Source of the DNA: the human T2T-CHM13v2.0 reference genome, Homo sapiens | Assembly (NCBI RefSeq): GCF_009914755.1 | Contig: NC_060928.1 | Strand: one strand, 5' to 3' | Length of the DNA stretch: 64,000 bases | Shown: positions 11,057 through 22,530 of the stretch, piece by piece | Position numbering within the stretch: the first letter of the stretch is position 1 | Layout of the letters: the number at the start of each line of letters is the position of its first letter | Notes under the pieces: model-generated | The model's input: only the letters and a program-made list of their open reading frames with translations | What the model was told of the DNA's origin: nothing | Database searches by the model: none | Position numbers and translations under genes: made by a program

Positions 11057-12348
11057 TGTGTCTGGAATTGGTGGGTTCTTGGTCTTGCTGACTTCAAGAA
11101 TGAAGCCGCAGACCCTCACGGTGAGTGTTACAGTTCTTAAAGATGGTGTGTCTGGAGTTTTTTCCTTCTGATGTTTGGAGGTGTCTGGAGTTTCTTCTTA
11201 CTGGTGGGTTTGTGTTCTCGGTGACTTCAGGAGTGAAGCTGCAGACCTATGCGGTGAGTGTTATAGCTCTTAAAGTCTGCACGTCTGGAGTTGTTCATTC
11301 CTTCCAGTGGGTTCGTGGACTCAGTGGCCTCAGGAGTGAAGCTGCAGACCTTCGCAGTGAGTGTTACAGTTCATAAAGGTGGCATGTCCGGAGTTGTTCG
11401 TTCCTCCCAACCAGAGTTGTTCATCCCTCCCAGTGGGTTCGTGGTCTCACTGGCTTCAGGAATGAAGCTGCAGACCTTTACAGTGAGTGTTACAGCTCAT
11501 AAAGGCAGCACAGACCCAAAGAGTTAGCAGAAGCAAGATTGAATATGAAGAGCAAAACAACAAAGCTTCCACAGCATGGAACGGGACCCGAGTGGGTTGC
11601 CGCTGCTGGCTGGGGCAGCCTGCTGTTATTCCCTTATCTGACCTCAGCCACATCCTGCTGATTGGTCCATTTTACAGAGAGCTGATTGGTCCACTTTACA
11701 GAGAGCTGATTGGTCTGTTTTGACAGGGTGCTGATTGCTGCCTTTACAAACCTTTAGCTAGGCACAGAGTGCTGATTGGTGCATTAACAATCCCTTAGCT
11801 AGACAGAAAAGTTCGCCAAGTCCCCACTAGATTAGCTAGACATAGAGTGTTGATTGGGGTGTTTACAAACCTTTAGCTAGACACAGAGTGCTGGTTGGTG
11901 CATTTACAATCCTTTAGCTAGACAGAAAAGTTCTCTGAGTCCTCACCCGTCCGAGAAGCCCAGCCAGCTTCACCTCTCAGTGGCACTCGCCATGGGATTT
12001 AGCGGCACCTAGCCTGGGCACTCTGGCAGCCCAGAGGGAGCTCATCCCCAGATCAAGCCCAGCAGGCGCCAGCTGGCTGTGCTGAGTGTGGGGCCTGCCG
12101 AGCCCATGCCCACCTGGAACCCACACCAGCCTGTGAACGCGGCACACAGCTCTGGCTCCTGCCCATGCCTTTCCCTCCACACCTCCCCGCGAGCAGACAG
12201 AGCTGGCTCTGGCCTTGGCCTGCCCCAGAGAGGGGCCCTCATGGTGCGGCAGCAGGCTGAAGGGCTCCTTGAGTGTGGCCAGAGTGGACTCCAAGGCCAA
12301 GGAGATGATGAGAGCAAGCGAGGGCTGCTAGCACATTGTCACCTCTCA
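11057..12348 (-). mobile_element. LTR12 (HERV9) solo LTR, long LTR12D/E-like form
   Basis: Minus strand TGAGAGGTGAC…CCAATTCCAGACACA; perfect 4-bp TSD ATAA at 11053-11056 and 12349-12352; CCAAT repeats and U5 repeats. Confidence 0.93.
11620..11900 (-). promoter_or_regulatory. LTR12 NF-Y (CCAAT) array, GATA site and TATA-like box
   Basis: Five intact ATTGG on plus (~11661, 11685, 11709, 11775, 11853) and two mutated copies; AGATAAG at 11633-11639; AATAACA at 11624-11630. Confidence 0.8.
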
Positions 12349-14641
12349 ATAAGAGCCAGTTGTATCTGTGTATGTGGAGTAGAGTATTCTCTGGATCCCC
12401 CCTTCTGTCTTTTGTTTTCGTAATTGAGATTTTAAGGTTTAGTTAGCCCATTCAACAATGGCTTGGCCTTGAGAATCATAGGGTATTCCAGTACTGTGCT
12501 CAGTGTGCCATTGTTGGAGGAACACTTGTAAAGATTTACTACAGTAGCCTGGGCCATTGTCTATTTTAATCTTTTGTGGGATGCCTATGGCAGCGAAACA
12601 GGAAAGTAAATGTTTCTTAATATGAGCTGCTGCCTCACCTGTTTGGCAAGTTGTCCATACAACACGAGAAAAGGTATCTATAGTAACATGGACGTATGAA
12701 AGTTTCCCGAATGAAGGTACGTGGGTTACGTCCATTTGCCACAACATATTGGGGGTTAATCCCTGTGGGTTAGCACCAGTCCCTGCATGTGGCAGTTGTA
12801 GTACCTGGCACTGAGGGCAATGTTGCACAATGTCCTTTGCCTGTCTCCAAGTAATTTGATATTTTTGTTTAAGTCCTGCTGCATTAACATGTGTTAGGGA
12901 GTGAAAATCTTGGACATTAGTAAGCACAGTGGAAACTAGTAAATCACCTTGATCGTTAGCCCTTACAACGGTCCCAGGGAGATTAGTATATGCTCGAATG
13001 TGCATGATATAGAAAGGAAAATAGTGATCACGCACTGCCTTTTGTAAAGAAGAAAACAGCTGATAGAGTTGTTCATCCACAAGATATTTAATGAGTGCAG
13101 TTTCTATGTATTGAGTGGCTTGAACAACATAAGCTGAATCAGAGACAATATTTACAGGTTGCTTAAAGTCTTCTAACACAGCTATAACTGCCTGTAATTC
13201 AGCCCTCTGTGCCGATTGAAAGTCAGTTTGAATAATTCTGTTTTTAGGTCCCACATAAGCTGCTTTTCCATGGCTAGAGCCATCTGTAAACACAGTCACT
13301 GCTCCTTCCAATGGAGCACGATGGGTAATTTTTGGAAGGACCCATGTTGTTAGCTTTAAAAACTGAAAAAAATTTTTTTTGGATAGTGATTGTCAAGAAC
13401 TCCAATGAAGCCAGCTAAATTTATTTGCCAATTGACCAAATTAACAAAGGCTTGCCGATCTGATTTGTATTCATTGGAACTATAATGTTATCTGGATCTG
13501 AACCGCAAAGTTTAACAACTCTAAGGTGAGCTTGTCCAATCAAGATTGCCATCTGATCCAAGTATACTGTGAGTGTTCTGACAGTATTCTGAGGCAGGAC
13601 GGACCATTCAAGTAAGTCCTCACTCTGAACTATAACCCCTGTAGGAGAATGGAGAGTAGGGAACACAATGAGCTGTAATGGTAAACTTGAGTCTATTCTA
13701 TTATCCTGGGACTGCTGTATTTTTTCTTCAATCATTTGTAATTCTTTGGCAGCCTCAGGAGTCAGTTCTCATTTACTATTGAAAGCAGGGTCTACTCTTA
13801 AAATAGAGAACAGATTAGACATAGCATAGGTAGGGATTCCCAAAGTAGGTCGAATCCAATTGATATCCCCTAATAATTTTTGAAAATCTAAGTTTTCAGA
13901 GAGTCTTTTTGAATTTGAACCTTTTGGGGTTTAATTGCCTTTTCCTGAACATGCATTCCACATATTGGAAAGGAGTGGCCGTTTGAATTTTATCTGGTGC
14001 CATGAGCAATCCAGCATTGGCTACCACCTCCTGTAAATATGAGTAACACTGGATAAGTTGGTCTTGATTTTTGGCCACACACGATATGTCATCCATATAA
14101 TGAATGATATACGAATCTGGAAACTGATCTCTCACAGGTTGAATAGCCTTCCCCACAGAAGTTTGACAAACAGTAGGACTATTCAACATACCCTGTGGCA
14201 GGACTTTCCAATGATATCTGGCTGCTGGTTCCTTGTTGTTCATAGCAGGAATAGTAAAAGCAAATTTCTCAAAATCAGACTCTACTAGAGGAATATTAAA
14301 AAAGCAATCCTTCAAATCTATAATTATTAATGGCCAGTCTCTAGGAATCATGGTAGGGGATGGAAGCCCTGGCTGCAGGGCCCCCATTGGCTGGATGACT
14401 GCATTGACCACTTGTAAGTTGGTTAGCATGTGCCATCTGCCAGACTTTTTCTTTATTACAAACACTGGTGAATTCCATGGAGAAAATATGGGCTCAATGT
14501 TTCCTTTGTTTAATTGCTCTTTGACTAATTCCTGTAAGGCCCCCAATTTTTCCTGAGAAAATGGCCACTGCTAGACCCAAACAGGATTTCAGGTCTTCCA
14601 TTTTAAGGGAATAGGACTTGGAGGCTCAACAGTGACCACCC

Positions 14642-15480
14642 CTAAAAATGGCAACCTAATCCTTTTCGGTCATTTTTTACAGTAACCTGTATGGGTTCAA
14701 TAATGCCTGCCTCCTGTTTTCCTAGGCCTTTTCTGGGAACATAGCCCATGTTTGACATTATTTTTTGACTAGCTTGACCATACCTGGGAGAAGAGATTGA
14801 AATTTCTGTGCCCCATTGTGGAAGCAGATCTCTCCCCTGTAAGTTAACAGGAATGGGTGTAATTACAGGTTTTATTGTGACTTCCTGTTCTTCTGGACCA
14901 AGACCAATAAGATAAAAGTACTTTGGAAAACTTCTGAAGCAGTTCTGACCCCAACAAGACCCACTGGGGCCTTTTGTTTGGGCCAGTTTTTTGGCCATTG
15001 ATAAAGAGCTATGATTGACACATCTGCTCCTGTGTCGACCAGACCCTCAAGTTATTTTCCTTGAATAATGACCTTACAAATAGATCTTTTGTCAGAGACT
15101 TGATTTACCCAACAGGCAGCCTCCCCTGCTGAATTTGTGCTTCCAAATCCTCCTGTTCTTTTTTCTGATTTGTCTTCTAACTTAACATACGATCAAAGCA
15201 ACAGTTGAGCTATTCTGTCACCTGGATTAGCACTCCAGGGAACAGTGGAAGAGATAACAATTTGAATTTCTCCCTGGAAATCAGGGTCCACTACTCCAGT
15301 ATGTACTTGAATTCCTTTAAGTTTAAGCTGGACCTTTCCAGTATAAGTCCCACTGTGCCTTTTGGCAATGGGCTGTAAACTCCCATTGGGACCTTCCTAG
15401 GAGGCTCCCCAGGAAGGAGGGATACAGCTTTGGTACAGCATAAATCTACTGCCCCACTTTTAGCTGTGAAGGGGGATGAT
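14642..15480 (-). pseudogene. pro: HML-1 pro: dUTPase, aspartic protease and G-patch
   Basis: AVDLCC…VGLILERSSLNLK (dUTPase); EGLVDTGADV read at ~15020-15048; KIMSNMGYVPRKGLGKQEAGIIEPI (G-patch). Frameshifted. Confidence 0.9.
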
Positions 15481-17319
15481 TGCTTTACATTTGTAACAGG
15501 GATAGACTGGGCTGGGAACACTCCATTTGGAGTCGGGGACATCATGTCCTGAATTGAGAATGCCCCATTTTGAATTGGGGCCCGGGGCTGGCCCCTCTGT
15601 CCATTTCCCGGCCAGGGCTGTCCACTATTATCAAACTTTGAGTGACATTGATTAGCCCAGTGTTTTCCTTTTTTACATCTAGGAAAGGTACCTGGTTCCC
15701 TGCTTTTTCCTCCTGAGTTTTGCCTTTTTTGGCTCTTTGTACACTCTCTTTTTGTATGTCCTATCTGTCCACAATTAAAGCAAGATCCAGGGAACACTCA
15801 TGTGTTTTTTGTTACCCTTAGTCCAGCCATTGCCTGAGCAAGGAGACTGGCCTTATATAAGCGCCCCCCAATGCCATCGCAGGCTTTAATGTATTCACTT
15901 AAAGTTTTTTCCTCATTTAGATCTGCCTTTCCCTTAATAGGTCTAATAGCTGCCTGACATTCTGTATTAGCATTTTCATAAGCAAGCAGCTGAACAATCA
16001 CTTTCCTGGCATGAGAATCCAAAATAGCCTTTTGAGCCACGTCTTGCAAATGGGCAATAAAATCTGGATAAGGCTCCCTTGGACCCTCTTGAACTGAGTT
16101 AAAAGAAGGATAAGTAGTATGAGGGTTGTGAATTTTTTCCCAGGCTCTTAGGCATATAGTTCTGAGCTGATCAACAGCCTCATCACCCATTACCATCTGT
16201 TGATTTAGAGTACTCCATGCCTGTCTGATTCCAAGCAATTGATCAGATGTGATATTAACGGGAGGTTGGGCTTGAGCACTCCTGCATGCCTGATTTGTTG
16301 CTTCATCCATCCACTAGGTTTTAAATTGGAGAAATTCAGAGGGGGACAGTGTGGATCGGGCTAATGACTCCCAATCCATAGGTATTAAACGCCGGTTATA
16401 AGCCACAGATTGTAACAAGGAATGAACACAAGGAGAATTTGGCCCATATTGTCCAATTGCTTGTTTTAAGTCTTTTAATATTTTAAAAGGAAATGGCTCC
16501 CAGCATGCTTGAGCATGTTCTCTGGGCTCCTCAGCTGGCGAAATGATTACTGGAAACCGCCAAGCATCCAAATCCCCCATTTCTTGTGCCTGGTGAATGG
16601 ATGCCTGATTGTCCCTGCACCATAATTTGTATTTGGGCCGGCTTGCAGCATTCCTCTATCATAATTAACAGGTGGGCAAGCCTGGATCATTCCCTCACTT
16701 TAATTGGCTGTTGGGCGAGCTGAAGCTTCCCTTCACCATAGTTAATGGTGGGGGTTGCAACAATGGGAGTGGTGAGTCGCGTCTCAGGCTCCCATTCCAA
16801 AAATTCGTAAGGCTGAGGCGGGGGTGGCCATTCTGGACCTTCCCCTAAAGGTGCAGTAGGTGGCACTATTTCTGCAGTAGGTGGAACTCTTTCTGTCCTA
16901 AGTTTTTGGAGGTTAGCATATATACCTTCCCGTTTCTCCTCCTTTTTTAAACTAGACTGTGATGGTTCACTTTGCTGAGCATCAGACTCCTGATTATTAA
17001 ACTTTTCTATGTCATCCTGAAACTCATCCTCCTCCTCCTCAGTGTGGAAGGGCTCCAGTGCTATTTTAATTGCTGACCACACAGACCAAGTGGAGAAGGG
17101 AATATCGTGGCCCTTTTGTTGTGCTCGTTTTAAGTCTGATCTGACCTTGTCCCAATCTTTTACATTCATGGTTCCATATTCCAGGAACCAAGAAGAATAC
17201 TTTTCTACGAGATGGAACAAAGATGTGAGATTTTGGGTACTCACAATTACCCCTCCATGGTGCAATAACTGCCACACTAGACTTAAGTAATTAGCAAGCT
17301 TACTTTCAGCCTGACCCAT
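15480..17319 (-). pseudogene. gag: HML-1 gag (MA, CA, NC), broken by stops and frameshifts
   Basis: MGQAESK start at 17319; MHR-like VQEGPREPYPDFIAHL; LAYENANTECQ; knuckle CFNCGQIGHTKREC. Confidence 0.93.
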
Positions 17320-17357
17320 ACTTTCCTGAGGTAACCCTGGAATTCTCCCAGTGCCCT

Positions 17358-17366
17358 ACTTACCTG
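17358..17366 (-). promoter_or_regulatory. HML-1 leader splice donor
   Basis: Minus strand CAG|GTAAGT just upstream of the gag ATG. Confidence 0.75.
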
Positions 17367-17469
17367 TAGAACCTGAAGTGAAAACATACTCGGGTGTCCT
17401 TTGTCGGTCGTCCTCCACTTTCCACATTTTGGTGTTTCTTCACCGGATTATTTGTAGAGATTACAGGGA

Positions 17470-17487
17470 GCCCCGTGTTGGGTGCCA
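17470..17487 (-). other. Primer binding site, tRNA-Lys(CUU)-like
   Basis: TGGCACCCAACACGGGGC versus TGGCGCCCAACGTGGGGC (3 mismatches), 2 nt after the LTR end. Confidence 0.8.
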
Positions 17488-17489
17488 GA

Positions 17490-18074
17490 TGTTGGGGAAA
17501 CCAGCCCCACACCACCCAGTGGGTATTCTGAGTCCAGCGTAGACAAAGGAGTTAGAAAGAGACAGAATAAGCACTTTAAAGGCGGGTCCAAGGGACCGGG
17601 GCTTTGGAGGCTTGCTCATGGCCCAGAGCTCTTGGGCTCTGCACAATTTATTGGTTTACAAGCAATTCGTTCTTAGGGCAGATGGCAGGGGGAGGAAGGA
17701 TGAGGAAAAGGATTAATCAGTGAAGGAGAACTCGTGAGTCATTCAATAAGATGTATAGCAGTGGCAGTTTCTGTGAATTTCATTGAGCAAAGGCATGTGT
17801 CTAAACTACTTAAGATCTTTAACTTATCGGGACTGAAACAGGTGGGAGTGGGGTTCAGGAGGAGCCAAGATGTTTGATTATACTCCACTGCTTCAAGGGA
17901 GTGTTATCTCCCTGAGCAACCTGCAGAATGCTGCTGAGTGGTTATGCTCTCGGGGCATAAAGACATGAAGGCAATAAGGAGACTTTTCTCCTCAGAGGCC
18001 ACCCATGGCTCCCCATGGGTGTCTCACACAGGTGAGACCAACTCAATTGACACCCAGAAACTTTCTTTCCCACA
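17490..18074 (-). mobile_element. LTR14B-like 5' LTR
   Basis: Minus strand TGTGGGAAAGAAAGTTTCTGGG…GAGACACCCATGGG…GGTTTCCCCAACA; AATAAA at 17647-17652. Confidence 0.85.
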
Positions 18075-20322
18075 GTATTTTATTTACTGAGTTGATGATT
18101 TAGGCCTCAGGCAAATAGGGGAAGCATCCCTCTTTTGGCACCAGTTGTAGCTAAAACAGGTGTGTAGATATAATACCCAATGGTGGGTAGAGGTCCCAGC
18201 CTTGATGAAGGTGGTGGCTGGTGTAGGGGGGTCTCAATTAGATGTGCTGAAGTTTTATCAGGTTGAAGGGTGGGAGCTACCTTATCTTTCCTGTGAAGCC
18301 AGCAGAAAAGCTATCCACAGCCCCACTCCTGTCCTAATGTTCTGGTTACTCAGATCAGACAGGCATCTCTTTTTATCTGTAGAAATGTTGATGTTCCAAG
18401 TAGAAAAGAATTATGACTCTGCCTCTTGTGCAGTCCTGAACCTGGAGAGTGCTTCTCCTGTGGGGCTGCAATCAACCCGAATTGTTTCAAGAAGGCTGTC
18501 TGTATGTGCATCTATGCTGCATGCCTATGGGAGAAGCCCTAGCCATTTCTGCAGTAGTGTGCCTGGGAGAACAAGGACCCCTTTTTCAAGACCCTTTATG
18601 ATCACAGAGGCTGCCTGCCTGATGGGGTAGAGGTGCAGACTTTCTCTACTGTGCCCAGCACTGCAATTGTGTCTCTGTTGTAAGAAACTTTCCACTAGTG
18701 GAACAATCTGGGACTCAAGTCCTGATATTCAGAGTCTCTTGTCCCACAGGGTGTTCCCTTGATGTGGTGCTCTCCCCCTTCCCTTAGGAATGGGATTTCC
18801 TGGGAGCCAGACTACAATGATTGTTACTGCTCTTCTTGGTCTAGCAACCCAATGGGGCTACTAGATTCTCTGCTGGTGCTGGGTAATATCTGCAAAAGAT
18901 CCAGTCATATGACCTGTCTTCAAATGTCCCAGCAGTGGATACCAGCACCTGCTCTGACAAAGGTGGAAGGGGAGTGATGTAGGCTCTGTGAGATTCCTTG
19001 GTTTGAGACAAACTTATTGGGCTGGCTTCCTTAAATGCTGCTTATACTGGTAGTGAACTCATGACATGGACAGACTCAGGATCTCTGGTTAGCCAGGGTG
19101 TTGCAGGCAGTGGCGATAGCTGAGATCATGCAGCCATTTTCTCCTTCCTGGGTGCAGTGCTAGAGGTACTGTAATGGCCTGAGTTGGTTGGCCTCTAGCC
19201 AGGAGGTGGTGCTTGCAAGACAGCACCAGCTGCAGTAGTAGCAGTGGGATTTGAGCTTTCCGTAAGTTGCCCAGGGGAAGTAATCTGTTTTTTCAGGTGA
19301 TTGGTGGGGCCATAAAGCTCCCAAAAGTTTATATCCTTTGTGTTAAGCTACCAGGGCTGGTGGAGACATACCACCAGGTGGGGGTAGGGTTACGTGGGTC
19401 TAAGTTCAGACTCCTGGGTGGGGCAGGCCATAGCCCCTATGGGGAGAGTCATTCTCAGGCCACTGGGGCAATGTTCCAGAGGGGAGAGTAAAACTGCCTC
19501 TCCCCTCTGTGCCTCTGCACCTCTGCTGCACAGAAGAGTTCACAAAGGGAGTGGGGAGTCATGGGCAGCAGTAAGCTTCACCCAGCTCCCATGCAGTTGG
19601 AGAGGCTGGTCTTGCTCCTGCAGTGCTCCACTAACAGCGCTGGGTTTAGATCCCGGTCTGTGCACAGAACTCAGACCTGCCCCAGGCCATAAGCTTCCCA
19701 CAGAGATAGAAACCACAGCTTTGAGGCCATGCTTCTCCATGTCTGCTGGCAAGGCTGGGAGCCCAGCTCTGCTCGTGTCTGTGGCTCACTTCCCACTCAC
19801 CGTCCCACTCCAGGTTCTGTTCAAGGGAATTCATCCCCACTTGAGATTATGTCACAAAATTCAGTTTGGAGCTTCTTTCACCCTGCAACTCTTCCCTAAG
19901 CATGTTGCCTGACTTCCCCGAGGACCCCTGTGAGATTTAGTAAGTAATGTCTTCCCTAGGCTCATGCTGGAGACTGGGAATGCCTACAAGTACTTCCTGA
20001 TGATGCTTCTACTTGTATATTGCATGCTGCTCCCCAATTCCATTCCAGCTTTGGATAGGGTTATGGCCTTCTCCTGTGGTCTGGATTTGCAGATTCCTTG
20101 GTCAGGATGAGTGCTTGGAGGCAGACTCTCTCCCCTTCTAGCAATCTGGGAACTTAGTTTTTTGCCAGTCTCATGGACTAGACTACAGCCTGCCACTTCT
20201 TTCCTGGTAAGTTTCTGTGGTGGCTCTTGAAAAAAGAAATTCACAGTGTTACTCTCTACTGACTATTCTGTCCTTGCAAGTGGGAGAGGCACAATAACTC
20301 TGCCTCCTATCCACCATCTTGA
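18075..20322 (-). mobile_element. L1 (L1PB/L1M1-type) 5' region only
   Basis: Minus-strand start CAAGATGGTGGATAGGAGGCAG; shares blocks with the L1 5' UTR at 41867-42400 (gcttctttcaccctg, gcctacaag, caagtgggag). Confidence 0.75.
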
Positions 20323-20329
20323 AAAAAAG

Positions 20330-20634
20330 ACAAGGGAGTCTATAGCAGATATATGGGTACTTAGGGACTGCATGGCCTGGGTTACATTGTGAGAGTAATC
20401 AGGGATATATACATAACATTTAGTTTTAATTAACACACAAGTTATGCCTTGGATGGCAGTTAAGATGACCAGGGCCATACAGTTTTGCAAAGTAAGGCAT
20501 CCAATTTGGGTAGTTTCTTTAGTGAGAAGAGTAATAGCATGGCAGGTATCATTGAAGGCTGCAGCCATAGATTTAGCCAGGGCCTCAACTTGTAGCTCTA
20601 TATCTATTGTCACTGCTTGACAGCCCACAAACAC
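20330..20634 (-). pseudogene. env: Retroviral env transmembrane-subunit remnant with decayed immunosuppressive domain
   Basis: LQNCMALVILTAIQGITCVLIKTKCYVYIPD, a decayed LQNRxxLDxLxxxxGGxC-x6-CC-YIPD motif, preceded by a heptad region. Confidence 0.85.
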
Positions 20635-21928
20635 TCAGGTAAGGAGAGGCCAGCCTCAGGGATGGGTGGTTTGTGAGGGATGCCATTTTACTTATCTCAA
20701 GTCTGGAGAGTATAATACCCTCTGTCTTCATGTTCCATAGACAGAAAAGCCATCCCTTGATCAACTGTCTCCCCTTCTATCTGAACCAATTTCCCAGCTC
20801 TGCCAATTCTTTAGTGGTATAATCCTGCATTGGGGTTCACTGCAGTCTTTCAGGTGGGGGCAAGTCTTGTGGAGCTACTCCCTGTATGCACAGTTGGTCT
20901 GCTTTTATCTTGGTGGTGACAACTGGACATGAAGAGAGGAAAGGAACCTCTATAGGCTTGTCCCAGTCCTCACTGTCCTTCTCACAGTTTCTCTCTATGG
21001 GGTTCCAGGACTTAGGGTCCCAGAATTATTTAGTCATAATAGCCCTGACTTGTTGATGTGGCAGCTGGCGACCCTCTGAATGACCCACCTGACAAGCCAG
21101 GGTTTACCTTTTGTCATCCTGCGCCCAAAGGTCTCCAATGTTTTAGCCTGAGCTAAGCTGGTATCTCTTTCTAATCTCATCCATTTTATAAGTGAGTCAC
21201 CCTTGCCTGTACCACAAACTCAGTCTCTGGCTGCTTGGAGCACAGTCAGGAGAGGCTAGCCAAGTGTGGCTGTGATGGCTTGGGCATCTGACTTTCGCTT
21301 AGTTGGATTAACCCCCTGCAACAGCTTGTCCAGATCCTTTGGCATTGTTGGAGTGTCCTCATACTCAGGCAGTGGGACCCATCCATCTATTGGGCCCCAC
21401 ATAGATGTAGATGGCCAGCCTGAGATTCCCCCTGAGGATCTCCCCTTCCTGATCCTATCCTTTTGGCACTCATGGGATATTCTCTGACCTCCTGGCTGGG
21501 CTTGGCAATTGTTGGACTGGACCCCTATTGACTCCAACAGGGATGGCACTGTGTCTGAGAGGCCAAAGAAGACACCTGGAGACAGTGAACGAGACATAGA
21601 GTTTATTATGGGTAACTTACATACAGGGGCAGTTCAGTGGAGGTAGGCTGGACAGGAGAACTGCTGCTGTTCATAAATGCAGCAGTTTATATAGCATTTT
21701 CACTTAGCACCCTCTACCTAGCAACCTACATCTAACTCAAAACAAAGGGCTCTGATCCCCTGTTCGTCCTGTATTCCAAGGGATGGGGCCGAGATTTCAT
21801 AGAGAAGGAGTGAACCTCTGGGTTGGCCACTCCCAGATTCCTTAGCTCAGAACTCTGAACACACATTCTTTGTATGGTCATTGTCAGGGTGTGCTTAAGT
21901 TATTGCTGTCAGGTGCATCTGCCATACA
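20330..21928 (-). mobile_element. Deleted ERV (LTR32/LTR47-like, class III): 5' LTR 21510-21928, PBS, gag start, env TM fragment
   Basis: LTR TGTATGGCAGATGCACCTGACAGCAATAAC…CAGTCCAACA with TATATAAA and AATAAA; PBS-like TGCCAAGCCCAGCCAGGAG (21489-21507) resembling tRNA-Arg(ACG). Confidence 0.65.
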
Positions 21929-22289
21929 CACACTAACTATAATATTTATTTTTAGCCTGGTTGTGCCGCTAATATTGCTATGTTTCTTTAGGTGATGTAA
22001 ATTAACTTAATTCCTCTTTGGAAAATTAGGGAGCTTTACTTGAGACGAAATATTAAATATTTTTTGGAAATGAGTTTAAAAATAAATGCTCAAAAATCAT
22101 AAAAGCTATTAAAATGATGTTTGATATACACTGATTTAGAGGGTAAGAAATCAAGTGGAATTAATTAGTTGCTCAACTCTAAAAGACTCACTAATAAAGA
22201 GGTAATGAAATGTTCATGGTGAAATGTTTCTTTTACACCAATTTTTTATGCTGAGATAGGTTCAGCTGGGATGCATGCACAGCTGAGAG

Positions 22290-22530
22290 GCAGTGAGGCA
22301 TATGGGAAGCATGTGAGTTTTGGAAGACAGTCCTGGATTTAAATCTGCAATTTAGACATGTGTCTGGGTAAATCACTCACAGCCTCCAAATTTCGGTTTC
22401 CTCATAGAATTTCTGCATAATAATCCCTGAATGGCAGGACTGCTGTCAGCATTTGAGGTGATATTTGCCGTTTCTTTGGTCCAAAATTTAGTACATACAA
22501 GGGACTCAATAACGATTAGATATTGTTATT
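22290..22530 (+). mobile_element. MIR SINE (ancient)
   Basis: cctggatttaaatc…gggtaaatcactca…cggtttcctcat core and a ctcaataa…tattgttatt tail. Confidence 0.55.

Larger units (their letters stand above)
10830..14640 (-). pseudogene. pol: HML-1 pol (RT, RNase H, integrase), frameshifted and interrupted by LTR12
   Basis: ORF 13896-14546 ([35 protein letters not shown]); ORF 13421-13735 (tether); ORF 12439-13311 (FTDGS, RAEL, HSLTH…CPQC, WQMD, DNGPGY); IN C-terminus WGRGFAC in ORF 10527-11039. Confidence 0.95.
10537..18074 (-). mobile_element. HERV-K14 (HML-1) betaretrovirus-like provirus: 5' LTR, gag, pro, pol and env start; 3' end lost
   Basis: LTR14B-like LTR, Lys PBS, myristoylation-type Gag start MGQAESK, dUTPase, DTGAD protease, G-patch, YMDD RT, HHCC/DDE integrase, Env signal peptide. 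Confidence 0.92.

Noticed and set aside
15291-15797. In-frame NC-dUTPase fusion as a functional transframe enzyme
   Set aside because: A second frameshift after SSLNLK removes the downstream dUTPase motifs, and one zinc knuckle has lost a Cys.
18160-19912. 156-aa and 172-aa plus-strand ORFs
   Set aside because: Antisense readings of an L1 5' region with no recognisable domains.
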